Program-made: the position numbers and the translations under genes | Part shown: positions 1-10,141 of the stretch, piece by piece | Position numbering within the stretch: the first letter of the stretch is position 1 | Layout of the letters: every line of letters begins with the position of its first letter | Notes under the pieces: generated by a model | Told to the model about the DNA's origin: nothing | The model's database searches: none | The model's input: only the letters and a program-made list of their open reading frames with translations | Source of the DNA: Bacteroidales bacterium | Lineage (GTDB): Bacteria > Bacteroidota > Bacteroidia > Bacteroidales > GCA-2748055 | Assembly (NCBI GenBank): GCA_029931975.1 | Contig: JAOZQY010000016.1 | Coordinates: forward strand, 348 to 64,347 | DNA: 64,000 nt | Direction of reading: 5' to 3'

Positions 1-1341
1 TCAGAGGTGGGGCACCTGAATATTGGTGCAGGTCGGGTGGTGTATCAGGACCTGGTTAAGATTAACAGAGCGGTAAAGGATGGGAGTATCAGCGAAAACC
101 CGGCACTGGTTGAGGCATTTTCTTATGCCCGCGACAATCAGAAGCAGGTGCACTTTATGGGTCTGCTTTCCGATGGGGGTGTGCATTCACTGGATAAGCA
201 CCTTTACAAACTCTGTGATATGACCGGCGAATACGGGATCAAGGATGTCTTTGTACATGCTTTTGGCGATGGCCGTGATACGGACCCCCAGAGCGGAAAG
301 GGATATATGGAGAACCTGGAGAAGCACCTTGCTTCTTCCAATGGCAGGGTGGCCTCTTTTGTGGGCAGGTTTTACGCCATGGACCGCGATAATCGCTGGG
401 AACGGATCAAGGATGCATACGACCTGTTGGTTCATGGCAAGGGAAGGGAAGCAAGGGACGTGGTTACTGCACTTCAGCAGTCTTATGATAACGGGGTGAC
501 CGATGAGTTTGTGAAGCCCATAGTGGTTGTGGATGAGGAGAACAAGCCCCTGGGAACTTTTCAGGAGGGCGATGTGGTGGTCTTTATTAATTTTCGGAAC
601 GACAGGGCCAAGGAGCTGACCATTGCGCTCACCCAGAAGGATATGCCGGAGCATGATATGCATACCATTCCCCTGCATTACTGCACCATGACTCCCTATG
701 ATGCTAAGTTCAAGGGGCTTCATATTATTTACGACAAGGATAACGTAAGCAATACTATTGGGGAGGTGGTTTCAGCAGCGGGATTAAAGCAGTTGCGGAT
801 TGCTGAGACGGAGAAGTATGCCCACGTGACCTTCTTTTTTTCGGGAGGAAGGGAAGCGGGGTTTAAGAACGAAAGCCGGATCCTGGTGCCTTCACCCAAG
901 GTGGCTACTTACGATCTTCAGCCCGAGATGAGTGCTTTCGAGGTAAAAGATGCGGTCGTCAAAGATATCAAGGAGAACGGTCCCGATTTTATCTGTCTCA
1001 ATTTTGCCAATGGCGATATGGTTGGTCATACCGGCATCTATGAATCCATCAAGAAAGCGGTGGTTACTGTGGATCAGTGTGTGGGTGAAGTAGTGGAAGC
1101 AGCCAGGGCAAATGGTTACGATGTGGTGATCATCGCCGATCATGGGAATGCGGATAATGCAGTGAATGCCGACGGTTCACCCAATACAGCTCACTCCCTG
1201 AATCCGGTACCGTGCATAGTGGTTACAGATGACTATATCAAAGTGAAGAAGGGAATCCTGGCTGATGTGGCTCCGACCCTGTTGCAGATCATGGGTGTGG
1301 AGCGACCTGCCGAAATGACTGGCAAGGTGCTGGTTTCTTAA
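1..1341 (+). CDS. gpmI: 2,3-bisphosphoglycerate-independent phosphoglycerate mutase (N-terminus cut by window edge)
   Basis: The frame is open from nt 1. The translation starts [18 protein letters not shown] and includes ADHGNAD, both typical of iPGM. The ORF-track entry 7..1341 is the same frame. Confidence 0.93.
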   Translation, partial: SEVGHLNIGAGRVVYQDLVKINRAVKDGSISENPALVEAFSYARDNQKQVHFMGLLSDGGVHSLDKHLYKLCDMTGEYGIKDVFVHAFGDGRDTDPQSGKGYMENLEKHLASSNGRVASFVGRFYAMDRDNRWERIKDAYDLLVHGKGREARDVVTALQQSYDNGVTDEFVKPIVVVDEENKPLGTFQEGDVVVFINFRNDRAKELTIALTQKDMPEHDMHTIPLHYCTMTPYDAKFKGLHIIYDKDNVSNTIGEVVSAAGLKQLRIAETEKYAHVTFFFSGGREAGFKNESRILVPSPKVATYDLQPEMSAFEVKDAVVKDIKENGPDFICLNFANGDMVGHTGIYESIKKAVVTVDQCVGEVVEAARANGYDVVIIADHGNADNAVNADGSPNTAHSLNPVPCIVVTDDYIKVKKGILADVAPTLLQIMGVERPAEMTGKVLVS

Positions 1342-1350
1342 GGCGGCCTG

Positions 1351-2238
1351 TTAACGGTTTACCAGGGGAAAGATATCTTCTCGCAGCTGAACGATCATTC
1401 TGCAGATTTTTTCCAGGGTTTCGGGTGCGGAATTGATTTCAGCAATCCTTCCATGGAAAGCCTGTTCAGTACTACTCATTTCAAAGCCTTCGATCTCATA
1501 ACGAATATCCACATCGTTGTAGATGTCTTTTAGCTTTTCCACGGAGTGCATGTAGCGTCTGATCATTAGTGATTCTTGTTCAATGGCCAGCAATCCCGAC
1601 AGGCTGTTGAGGGAATATTTCTGCTGCAGGATCCTATCGCCCATTTCCAGAATATGTTTGTTTTTATAAATGGCAACTCCGATATACATGGTCTCTACCC
1701 AGCCTCCCAGCAGGGAGAGCGAAGCAAGGGATGACTGGCCACTTTTTTTGAAATGTGCGTCCATTTCCGTGTATATGTTGTCGATCAGGGTTCTGAGCGA
1801 ATCTGCATCTTCCAGGTTGGATTGATTATGAATGGGCGAATTATTCAGAATTGCTTCTGGAAGGTCCAGTTTGTCAGCCAGTAGATCGATGTGATTATAG
1901 TATTCGGCCGATTCGACTACCCGTTCAAACAGTGTGCAGTAACTCAGATCCACTCCCAGTATGCCCAGCAAAATGGCAATATGTTCCGGATTATCATACA
2001 TGGGAACTCGTTCTAGTGGACAGGGAACGCCGGGGTCAAAGCCGGTACCGGTCTCTTCAAAAAAGCTAACAATGTCGGTGGGGATATTCAGAGAGTAGAT
2101 AACCTCGCTTTTTTCGACAAGAGTGGATGGATGATCAGGATCGGCAATAAAATCATTTTCTCCGGGTTGGGGATTTTTGGGATTACATCCATAGAAAACT
2201 AGGCTCAGGATGAAAGCCCGGAATATAAATCGCAACAT
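1351..2238 (-). CDS. hypothetical lipoprotein
   Basis: 295-aa ORF with an ATG start, an N-terminal signal peptide and lipobox (LSLVFYGC). I recognise no family. Convergent with gpmI, 9 nt apart. Confidence 0.6.
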   Translation of the reverse strand: MLRFIFRAFILSLVFYGCNPKNPQPGENDFIADPDHPSTLVEKSEVIYSLNIPTDIVSFFEETGTGFDPGVPCPLERVPMYDNPEHIAILLGILGVDLSYCTLFERVVESAEYYNHIDLLADKLDLPEAILNNSPIHNQSNLEDADSLRTLIDNIYTEMDAHFKKSGQSSLASLSLLGGWVETMYIGVAIYKNKHILEMGDRILQQKYSLNSLSGLLAIEQESLMIRRYMHSVEKLKDIYNDVDIRYEIEGFEMSSTEQAFHGRIAEINSAPETLEKICRMIVQLREDIFPLVNR

Positions 2239-2282
2239 AAGAACGTAGTTAAGTAGTAGTTAGTGTAAAAATAGCAAAACTT

Positions 2283-2975
2283 TTAAATCATTAACCTGCT
2301 TCTCATGGCTGCGATTATTATATCTATTAACTCTTTTGATTCCAGCGTCATACAGTTTAGTTTGATATCAAAACGGGTGTAATCATTTCCTTTACCCTGA
2401 AAGAAATCTCGAAAGGAGGATCTTTTTTTATCGATGCTCTGTGCATAGTTCCGGGCCTGGTCAATGGTGAAACCGTGCTTATCTGATATCCGCAGAGCTC
2501 TCCATTCCAATGGTGCTTCCAGGAAGATATGGAGCGACTTTGGAATATCTCTGGTAATGGCCACACCACCTCTGCCCACGATAATGGCATTGCCGGCATT
2601 TGCAAAGTTCCTGATCACCTTGGCGATGGTAGTGCGGATTTTCATATCCGATTTATAGTAATCCTTGGATTGTGCCAGCAGCATGTCCGCAAGAACTCCC
2701 CGACTTTTGTAATCAAATACATGCTGGATATGGCTGGAATCAACCTGCAACTCTTTGGCCGATTCCATCATGATCTCTTTGTCAATCCATTTCCAAGGCT
2801 CATCCTTGGCATGCACTTTTTTGAGCTTGTTTAAGCGAAGGGAAAGATCTGTGGCAATTTTCTTGGCCGGGCACCCCACCTCTCTCGAAAAGGTCACCAC
2901 CGGGCCTGGAAAGATGTTTTTGGCAGGATCCTCCTTGTACCAGTTGTCCAGGTATTTTGACAGGTCGATTTTCAT
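2283..2975 (-). CDS. cytidylate kinase-like family protein (uncharacterised AAA/NMP-kinase-like)
   Basis: 230 aa. N-terminal GPVVTFSREVGCPAKKIA and IIVGRGG resemble the Cytidylate_kin2-type family. Assignment is from memory of the family, not from a search. Confidence 0.55.
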   Translation of the reverse strand: MKIDLSKYLDNWYKEDPAKNIFPGPVVTFSREVGCPAKKIATDLSLRLNKLKKVHAKDEPWKWIDKEIMMESAKELQVDSSHIQHVFDYKSRGVLADMLLAQSKDYYKSDMKIRTTIAKVIRNFANAGNAIIVGRGGVAITRDIPKSLHIFLEAPLEWRALRISDKHGFTIDQARNYAQSIDKKRSSFRDFFQGKGNDYTRFDIKLNCMTLESKELIDIIIAAMRSRLMI

Positions 2976-3119
2976 GGCGTTTTGAAAAGAAGGGATTCAT
3001 GAACAATTTACTATTTTTTACATCCAAAATCAAGGATTCGAGTTCTTTATAGTTTATATTAGTTGTCTCATTAAAAAACCTAAATGTTGGAATATTGTTT
3101 TTAATTAAAACCCTAGACT

Positions 3120-4070
3120 ATGAACAAAATTACTGTAATTGGTGCCGGAAATGTTGGTGCCACGTGTGCCAATGTGATAGCACATAAAGACCTGGCGAAC
3201 GAGGTGGTCCTCCTTGACGTGAAAGAGGGACTGGCTGAAGGAAAGGCCCTGGATATATGGCAAACATCGTCCATAAATCATTTTAACACCCGGGTTTCCG
3301 GATCCACCAACGACTACCTGAAGACCAAAGGCTCGGGGATCATTGTGATCACTTCAGGTATTCCGCGTAAACCAGGAATGTCGCGCGACGATCTGATCAA
3401 GACCAATGCTTCCATTGTGAAAGAGGTGACCGGGCGAGCTATTAAGTATTCACCCGATGCCATTATAATCGTGGTTTCGAATCCCCTGGACGTGATGACC
3501 TATGCGGCCTTTCAGGCAGCCAATAAAGATCCGCAAAAGGTATTTGGAATGGCTGGGATTCTCGACACGGGACGTTACAAGGCCTTTCTGGCCGACGCCC
3601 TGGATGTGTCGCCCTACGACATCCATGCCATGCTCTTGGGTGGACATGGTGATACCATGGTGCCACTGCCCCGTTACACGTCGGTAAGTGGAATTCCCGT
3701 AACCGAACTTCTGGGGAAACCTGTGATTGATAAAATTGTGGAGAGGACCCGCAAGGGAGGTGGTGAACTGGTGAACCTGATGGGTACATCGGCCTGGTAT
3801 GCTCCCGGAGCAGCGGTGAGTCAGATGGTGGAGGCCATTGTGGACGACCAGAAGAGGGTCTTCCCTGTTTGTGCCTACCTGAGTGGTGAGTACGGTCAGA
3901 AAAATCTCTACCTGGGAGTTCCTGTAAAACTGGGAAAGGGGGGTGTGGAGGAGATCATAGAGATCAGCCTGAATGAGGAGGAGAAGAAGTTACTTACTTC
4001 TTCTGTGAAAAGCGTGAGAGAGGTGATGAAGAGCCTGGACGACATGAAACTTTTCGAAGAGCAGCTCTAA
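3120..4070 (+). CDS. mdh: malate dehydrogenase (LDH-like, NAD-dependent)
   Basis: MNKITVIGAGNVGATCA Rossmann motif, the SGIPRKPGMSRDDL substrate loop and the catalytic GGHGDTMVP region. 316 aa. Confidence 0.93.
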   Translation: MNKITVIGAGNVGATCANVIAHKDLANEVVLLDVKEGLAEGKALDIWQTSSINHFNTRVSGSTNDYLKTKGSGIIVITSGIPRKPGMSRDDLIKTNASIVKEVTGRAIKYSPDAIIIVVSNPLDVMTYAAFQAANKDPQKVFGMAGILDTGRYKAFLADALDVSPYDIHAMLLGGHGDTMVPLPRYTSVSGIPVTELLGKPVIDKIVERTRKGGGELVNLMGTSAWYAPGAAVSQMVEAIVDDQKRVFPVCAYLSGEYGQKNLYLGVPVKLGKGGVEEIIEISLNEEEKKLLTSSVKSVREVMKSLDDMKLFEEQL

Positions 4071-4104
4071 GCATCACGTTGTCAAAGAAATATGTATATA
4101 GAAA

Positions 4105-4141
4105 TGTGTAAGTGACACGGAAGTCGCTTACACATTTTTTT
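4105..4141 (+). terminator. rho-independent terminator after mdh
   Basis: 12-bp stem tgtgtaagtgac / gtcgcttacaca (one G-U pair), 6-nt loop, then a T7 run. Lies 35 nt after the mdh stop. Confidence 0.7.
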
Positions 4142-4174
4142 ATGGCTTCTCCTTAAAGTGCAAAAAAATAGTGC

Positions 4175-4182
4175 TATATTTG
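4175..4182 (+). promoter_or_regulatory. putative Bacteroidota -7 promoter box (TATATTTG) for secDF
   Basis: Exact match to TAnnTTTG, 51 nt upstream of the secDF ATG. No clear -33 TTTG partner. Confidence 0.35.
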
Positions 4183-4232
4183 CGGCCTATTCGAAAAAGT
4201 CATACAAGTAACTATTAATAAACAAGTTAAAA

Positions 4233-7200
4233 ATGCAGAATAAAGGTGCTATAAGGTTCTTTACGATTGTTCTTGCGCTGGTGAGTGTTTATCAGCTTCT
4301 GTTTACAGTGTTTGCACAGAAGGTGGAGCGTAATGCCAGAGATTTTGCCAACGGTGATACCCGTATCGAACGGTCCTACCTGGACTCCATGAAGGGAGAG
4401 GTGATTTACAACATTTTGTTGAAAAAATATACTTACCAGGAGTGTAAAGAGAGAGAAGTTAATCTGGGTCTCGACCTGAAAGGTGGAATGAACGTGATCC
4501 TCGAGATCGCTGTAGAAGATATTATTCGTTCGCTGGCGGCAACGCAATTCCTGACCGATCCGGTTTTCACAGAAACCATGGCCCTTGCCCATCAGAAGAA
4601 GACAAATAGCCAGGCCGATTTTGTGGATTTGTTTGCAGAGGCATTTGAAGAGCTGAATCCTGGTGCCCAGCTGGCCCAGTTTTTTATGACTCCCGAAACA
4701 CGTGGCGATATTGATTTCAATACCACCAATTCTGATGTGGTTTCATTTTTGAAACTAGAAGCCGAAGATGCCATTGATAATTCATACAATGTATTGCGGA
4801 ACAGGATTGACCGTTTTGGAGTGGTTCAGCTGAATATTCAGAAGCTGGAACGTCAGGGCAGGATCCTTGTTGAGCTTCCTGGTGTTAAAGAACCGGAAAG
4901 GGTTGCTAAACTGCTTACCGGAACTGCCAACCTGGAGTTCTGGACTACCTACCAGGCTGCCGAGGTATGGAACTACCTGGATCAGGCCAATCGCACCATC
5001 GCTGATATTCTCAGGACTGAAGGCGATGAAGCAGCAGTTGTTGATGTGGAGACAGAAGAAGCGCTTACTGAAGAGTCTGCCGTACAGGACGAGCTGTTGC
5101 TGGATACGGCCGGACTCGATCTGCTGACCGATCTGGATACCACGCAGGTATTTGATGATCAGGAGGCACAATTTTATCGTGAAAATCCATTGATTGCAGT
5201 ACTGACTCCCTACCTGGATAATTCCAGGAACTTCATTCCCGGGTCCACAGTAGGAGTTGTACTCTTAAAAGATACTTCCAAGGTAAACGAGTACCTGCGC
5301 ATTCCACAGGTCAGGCAACTCTTTCCCTCCGATTTAAAATTTGCATGGCACTTTCAGCCCGAGGGAGAGGAGCAACAATTTATCAGGTTGCATTCCCTGA
5401 AGTCCACAAGGAACAACCAGCCGGTTATGGAGGGTAAATATGTGACCGACGCCAGGGTGGGTACCGATCCATATACAGGAGAGTTCAATGTAAGTATGAA
5501 CATGAACTCTGAAGGCGCCAAGAAATGGGCCAATGTGACCAGGGAAAATGTGAACCAGGCCATTGCCATTGTGCTGGACGGACTGGTTTATTCTGCTCCC
5601 AATGTATCGGAGGAAATCAAGGGTGGAAGCTCCTCCATTTCGGGGCAGTTTTCGCAGGCTGATGCAGATGACCTTGCCAACATTCTGAAGTCAGGTAAAA
5701 TGCCGGCTCGTGCTCGCATCGAGTCCAGCGAAGTCATTGGACCCTCACTGGGTGCCAAGTCGGTGAAGGATGGTTTGCACTCCTTCCTGATTGCCTTTGT
5801 TGTGGTTCTCGCCTATATGATATTCTATTACAGTCGCAGAGCGGGTATGGTCGCTGATATCGCACTGGTTGCCAATATGTTTTTCCTGATGGGTGTTCTT
5901 GCATCACTTCAGGCGGTACTTACCCTTCCGGGTATTGCCGGTATTGTGCTTACCATCGGTATGTCGGTGGATGCGAACGTACTGATCTACGAGCGGATTC
6001 GTGAAGAACTGGCAGCCGGAAAGAATCTAAAAACAGCTATCAAGGATGGTTACAAGAATGCCTACTCTGCTATCTTCGATGCGCAGATCACCACCTTTCT
6101 TACAGGTTTAATTCTATTCTTTTTCGGAACAGGACCTATTAAAGGTTTTGCCACCACACTGGTTATTGGTATCCTGACCTCGCTGTTCAGTGCCATTGTC
6201 CTTACCAGGCTGATGTACGAGCGCATGCTCGACAAGAATGCAAACATCACTTTTGATACAAAGATCTCCAGGGGCGCATTTAAAAATACCAGGATCAATT
6301 TCATTGGAAAACGGAAGATTTTCTATGTGGTTTCAGGTGTGCTTATTCTCGGGGGCATCGTGTCTCTGGCTACCAAGGGACTGAACACAGGTGTGGATTT
6401 TACTGGTGGACGTAACTATGTGATTGCCTTTAACCAGGAGGTGGAAACAGCCGATGTGCAGGATCATCTGGCGGCTGAATTTGGTGAGGCACCCATTGTG
6501 ATCACCTATGGATCAAAAAGTACGGTCAGGGTTACCACCAAGTATCTGATCGAGGATGATCGTCCCGAGGTCGATTCCATCATCAAGGCCCAGATGTTTA
6601 CAGGCCTCCAGCCTTACCTGGATAGTGATGCTAGCCTGGATGACTTTATGAACGGACAGGACTATATTATTAGTTCTCATAAGGTGGGTCCCACCATTGC
6701 TGATGATATCAAGCGGACAGCAGTACTGGTGATCTTTGCATCCCTGCTGATTATTTTCCTCTATATTCTTGCCAGGTTCCGAAACTGGCAGTTTGGACTG
6801 GGAGCACTTGCGGCTCTGGTACATGATGTGATTATCGTCATCGGGCTGTTCTCGCTATTGGATGGAATTATGCCATTCTCGCTGGAACTTGACCAATCAT
6901 TTATAGCGGCCATATTAACTGTGGTGGGTTATTCCATCAACGATACGGTGGTTGTGTTTGACCGAATCAGGGAGTATGTGGGATTGCAGAAGAAGCGCGA
7001 ACGAAGAGATATCATTAATTCTGCCCTGAATAGTACTCTGAGCCGTACTTTCAGTACATCATTGAGTACCTTCTTTGTACTGCTGGCCATCTTTGTATTT
7101 GGAGGCGACGTGATCAGGGGCTTTACATTCGCTCTCTTACTGGGTGTGGTTGTTGGTACTTACTCATCACTGTTCATTGCCACACCGGTGGTGTATGATA

Positions 7201-7253
7201 CGGTCAAAGGGGATGAGAATACCCGCATCCTGAAAGGTGTTGCAAGAAAATAG
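4233..7253 (+). CDS. secDF: protein translocase subunit SecDF (fused SecD-SecF)
   Basis: 1006 aa. N-terminal TM segment, a large periplasmic domain, then two blocks of 6 TM-like segments with SecD/SecF motifs (LGLDLKGG, GVDFTGG, SINDTVVVFDRIRE). Confidence 0.93.
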   Translation: MQNKGAIRFFTIVLALVSVYQLLFTVFAQKVERNARDFANGDTRIERSYLDSMKGEVIYNILLKKYTYQECKEREVNLGLDLKGGMNVILEIAVEDIIRSLAATQFLTDPVFTETMALAHQKKTNSQADFVDLFAEAFEELNPGAQLAQFFMTPETRGDIDFNTTNSDVVSFLKLEAEDAIDNSYNVLRNRIDRFGVVQLNIQKLERQGRILVELPGVKEPERVAKLLTGTANLEFWTTYQAAEVWNYLDQANRTIADILRTEGDEAAVVDVETEEALTEESAVQDELLLDTAGLDLLTDLDTTQVFDDQEAQFYRENPLIAVLTPYLDNSRNFIPGSTVGVVLLKDTSKVNEYLRIPQVRQLFPSDLKFAWHFQPEGEEQQFIRLHSLKSTRNNQPVMEGKYVTDARVGTDPYTGEFNVSMNMNSEGAKKWANVTRENVNQAIAIVLDGLVYSAPNVSEEIKGGSSSISGQFSQADADDLANILKSGKMPARARIESSEVIGPSLGAKSVKDGLHSFLIAFVVVLAYMIFYYSRRAGMVADIALVANMFFLMGVLASLQAVLTLPGIAGIVLTIGMSVDANVLIYERIREELAAGKNLKTAIKDGYKNAYSAIFDAQITTFLTGLILFFFGTGPIKGFATTLVIGILTSLFSAIVLTRLMYERMLDKNANITFDTKISRGAFKNTRINFIGKRKIFYVVSGVLILGGIVSLATKGLNTGVDFTGGRNYVIAFNQEVETADVQDHLAAEFGEAPIVITYGSKSTVRVTTKYLIEDDRPEVDSIIKAQMFTGLQPYLDSDASLDDFMNGQDYIISSHKVGPTIADDIKRTAVLVIFASLLIIFLYILARFRNWQFGLGALAALVHDVIIVIGLFSLLDGIMPFSLELDQSFIAAILTVVGYSINDTVVVFDRIREYVGLQKKRERRDIINSALNSTLSRTFSTSLSTFFVLLAIFVFGGDVIRGFTFALLLGVVVGTYSSLFIATPVVYDTVKGDENTRILKGVARK

Positions 7254-7269
7254 AAAATTTACATATCCT

Positions 7270-7953
7270 CTACTGAGGGGTGTGGGAGCTAATCTTTAAG
7301 ATGAAGCCCACACCCCTTTTTGTTTCCAGGGATACGGAGGGTTCCGCCTGGATGTATTTCCTCAGCCTGGAAATAAAAACATCCATTGAACGACCCAGGA
7401 AATAGTCGTTTTGTCCCCATAGCTCTTTCAGGATCTCTTCTCTTTTGACCACCGTGTTTTGCTTTTCGATTAGAAATTTCAGGAGTTCCGACTCCCTGGG
7501 GGTCATATTGAAGGTGTTCTCTCCGTCCTCAATCAACAATTCACCATAGCGGATACGGAGACATCCAACCTGGTAGGTGCTGGCATTCTCCTTTCCGGCT
7601 CGTTTCAAAATATTGTTCAATCGGAGTACCAGTTCTTCTGCCTCAAATGGCTTGGTGATATAGTCATCCGCTCCAATTTGTAATCCCTTTAGCCTGTCCT
7701 CTTTCTGGTTCTTTGCCGTCAGGAAAACCACAGGCATGGCCGCATCCAGTTTCCGTATCTCCCGGGCCAGGGCAAAGCCATCCATGACTGGCATCATCAC
7801 ATCCAGGATGCAGAGGTCCATATGATGCTCCTGGAACACCTTCAGGCCATGTTTCCCATGATTGGCTGTATAGACTTTATAACCGGAGAGCTCCAGGTAT
7901 TGTGCCAGTACCTTTTGGAGGTCAATATCATCTTCAACAAGTAAGAGATCCAT
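7270..7953 (-). CDS. response regulator transcription factor (OmpR/PhoB-type winged helix)
   Basis: 227 aa. Receiver domain (LLVEDD, DLCILDVMMP, phospho-acceptor Asp context) plus a C-terminal trans_reg_C-like region (LTPRESELLKFL...RLRKY). Confidence 0.9.
   Translation of the reverse strand: MDLLLVEDDIDLQKVLAQYLELSGYKVYTANHGKHGLKVFQEHHMDLCILDVMMPVMDGFALAREIRKLDAAMPVVFLTAKNQKEDRLKGLQIGADDYITKPFEAEELVLRLNNILKRAGKENASTYQVGCLRIRYGELLIEDGENTFNMTPRESELLKFLIEKQNTVVKREEILKELWGQNDYFLGRSMDVFISRLRKYIQAEPSVSLETKRGVGFILKISSHTPQ
7277..7325 (+). terminator. probable secDF terminator embedded in the 3' end of the convergent response-regulator gene
   Basis: 10-bp GC-rich stem ggggtgtggg / cccacacccc with an inner atctt/aagat stem, followed by TTTTTGTTT. 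Starts 24 nt after the secDF stop. Confidence 0.5.
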
Positions 7954-9286
7954 CTTTTCTTGGAATTTTAATATGAAATGTAGTTCCTATTCCGGGGGCA
8001 CTCTGAACCGTGATGGTCCCGCCGTGCGCCTCCACAATTTGTTTTACGTAGTAGAGTCCGAGACCCAATCCCTTTACCACCCTCTGTTTCGCTTCTGCTC
8101 CCCGGTAGAACTTCTCAAAAAGATGTTTCAGATCTTCTTTCCTGATACCCGGGCCGTTATCCGATACATCGATCCGGAGACAATGATCACTATCCCTTGC
8201 CACCAGGTCTATTATACAGGGCGTATTGCCGTAACGAACGGCATTTGAAAAGAGGTTGTTTAACACGGTGGCCATATGAACTTCATCAAGCAAATGGCTG
8301 GTCTCGGTCAGCTGCACATCTATATTGATCTTCGGGGAATTCTTGCCCTGTTCAAGCAGGAATCCTTTTACCAGCTGGTCGATCCATTTATCCAGAATTA
8401 CATGTTCGGGCCTAAGCTTGACCTGGTCCTTCTCCCAGATATTGATATCAAGAATCCGGTCGATCAGCTCCGACAGGTGCTTGTTCTGTCGCTTGATTAA
8501 TCCTGAAAGTTCTTCCACCCTGGCCGTATCTCTTATGATGGTCTGGTTCCCCAGTGAGCTGGAGGCGACAGAGATGGTAGACAGTGGAGTTTTCAGTTCG
8601 TGGGTCATGTTGTTGATAAAGTCGGTTTTCATCTCTGATAAACGCTTCTGTTGCAACATGTTACGTAGTGTCAGAATAAAAACAGTAAATACCAGGATCA
8701 GGGTACAGAGGTCCAGAACAAGGATCAACCACATTTCTCTCAGGATCAGTTTGGACCGGTTTATAAAATCAATATAGATACTGTAGGAAATATTAAAGAA
8801 ATTCCGTTCGTAGGTGACATTCCCGGCAAGCAATGCACTGGCTGGAGCCTTTGACAATGGCGTACCATTGGGATAGACCTGTTGCCGGAGGTCTATATCT
8901 ACCAGGTAAAGCTCATTGATCTGCAGGTGGTAGGTAAATTCAGGATCCTCTCCGGCCTTATTAAGATAGTCGCCTATGAAATATTCGGGTTCCCTGTACT
9001 GCTGGAGGATTTCCTGGAAAACCTCCGCCGGTGTGCGGCCCAGTGAGTCCTGAGAATCGAACATAAACTCAAGCGCCCTGTCGTCCAGGAGGAATAGCAC
9101 AGAATCAAAATCGTAATGATAATCCATGCTGTTGAACTTGGAAAGTCCCTCTTTCACAAGATTTCCAAAACGGGTATCGAACTGCTCCTTCTTGGTACGA
9201 TAGGTTTCGGTAATAACGATGTACTGAACGATGATAAGCACCAACAGGGCCAGGGCGGACAATCCTATGAAAAAGCGGCTCTTCAT
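7934..9286 (-). CDS. sensor histidine kinase
   Basis: 450 aa. Two TM segments flank an extracytoplasmic domain of about 160 aa. HisKA H-box FINNMTHELKTPL, and HATPase_c N/G boxes (NLFSNAVRY, DNGPGI, GLGLGL). Overlaps the regulator gene by 20 nt. Confidence 0.9.
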   Translation of the reverse strand: MKSRFFIGLSALALLVLIIVQYIVITETYRTKKEQFDTRFGNLVKEGLSKFNSMDYHYDFDSVLFLLDDRALEFMFDSQDSLGRTPAEVFQEILQQYREPEYFIGDYLNKAGEDPEFTYHLQINELYLVDIDLRQQVYPNGTPLSKAPASALLAGNVTYERNFFNISYSIYIDFINRSKLILREMWLILVLDLCTLILVFTVFILTLRNMLQQKRLSEMKTDFINNMTHELKTPLSTISVASSSLGNQTIIRDTARVEELSGLIKRQNKHLSELIDRILDINIWEKDQVKLRPEHVILDKWIDQLVKGFLLEQGKNSPKINIDVQLTETSHLLDEVHMATVLNNLFSNAVRYGNTPCIIDLVARDSDHCLRIDVSDNGPGIRKEDLKHLFEKFYRGAEAKQRVVKGLGLGLYYVKQIVEAHGGTITVQSAPGIGTTFHIKIPRKDGSLTC

Positions 9287-9377
9287 TTTTTATAACTGCT
9301 AAGCTAAGATAAGCTCTTTCCGGCAGCGTTAACCTATCATTAACACTCCATTAACCAATATGTACGGCCTGCTACCC

Positions 9378-9385
9378 TATTTTTG
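9378..9385 (+). promoter_or_regulatory. putative -7 promoter box (TATTTTTG)
   Basis: TAnnTTTG match 30 nt upstream of the ATG at 9415. Confidence 0.35.
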
Positions 9386-9414
9386 TATCAGAAATTCCTT
9401 AAAAGAACGACAGC

Positions 9415-10038
9415 ATGAAAAAATCTACCATGTTCAAAATCTTTCCCCTGATCTTAAGCTTGCTTTTGCTGGGTTCAGTGCTTATGGCCCAGACGAAAGA
9501 GGAGAAGGGGGCAGAGCTGAAAGCCAAGCAGGAACAAATTGAGATTCAGCGGAAGCAGATGAAGGAGCAACAGCTTAGAACAAGAGAGTTGGAGCGCCGC
9601 ATGGCGGAACAGGCCAGGGAAGCTTCCAGGGCCAGAACTTCAACCTGGGTCTATCCCGGTAGTACTGGTTTTGGAGATGAGTCTTCGTATTATTTTGTCT
9701 CCGAAGACCAGGGAAATCAGTCACAGCTTACCATCAGGAATACCTTCGATGGTAATAGCACCAGCTCGAAGGGTGAATTTGATGTGGATGAAAGCACGAG
9801 GTATATTCGATTCAGGATGAATGGAAAGGTTCGCTCAGGAGAGATTAGCATCAGGGTGGTATATCCTGGTGGAAAGGTATTTAAAGAACTCACTATGACC
9901 TCCCCCACCGACATCTCCTTTACCCAGTCGATTACCGTCAATGAAGAAGAAAAGAAAAAATATGTAGGATCCTGGCAGTATGAAGTATCAGCTGATAAGG
10001 CAGAAGGAAGCTATTCTTTGTCCTTTTCGACCCACTAG
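9415..10038 (+). CDS. hypothetical secreted protein (coiled-coil N-terminus, beta-rich C-terminus)
   Basis: 207 aa. Signal peptide MKKSTMFKIFPLILSLLLLGSVLMAQ, a K/E/Q/R-rich helix (aa 27-75), then a beta-strand-like domain. No family recognised. Confidence 0.6.
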   Translation: MKKSTMFKIFPLILSLLLLGSVLMAQTKEEKGAELKAKQEQIEIQRKQMKEQQLRTRELERRMAEQAREASRARTSTWVYPGSTGFGDESSYYFVSEDQGNQSQLTIRNTFDGNSTSSKGEFDVDESTRYIRFRMNGKVRSGEISIRVVYPGGKVFKELTMTSPTDISFTQSITVNEEEKKKYVGSWQYEVSADKAEGSYSLSFSTH

Positions 10039-10116
10039 GGTTACTACTTATAAAAGTTCCAAATACGTCCGGGGTCATTCTGATTCGATTCAGGGTGGCC
10101 TTCTTTATGGAATTGC

Positions 10117-10124
10117 TATATTTG
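10117..10124 (+). promoter_or_regulatory. putative -7 promoter box (TATATTTG) for tatA
   Basis: TAnnTTTG match 18 nt upstream of the tatA ATG. Confidence 0.35.
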
Positions 10125-10141
10125 CGTAAATCTTTGCAAGG

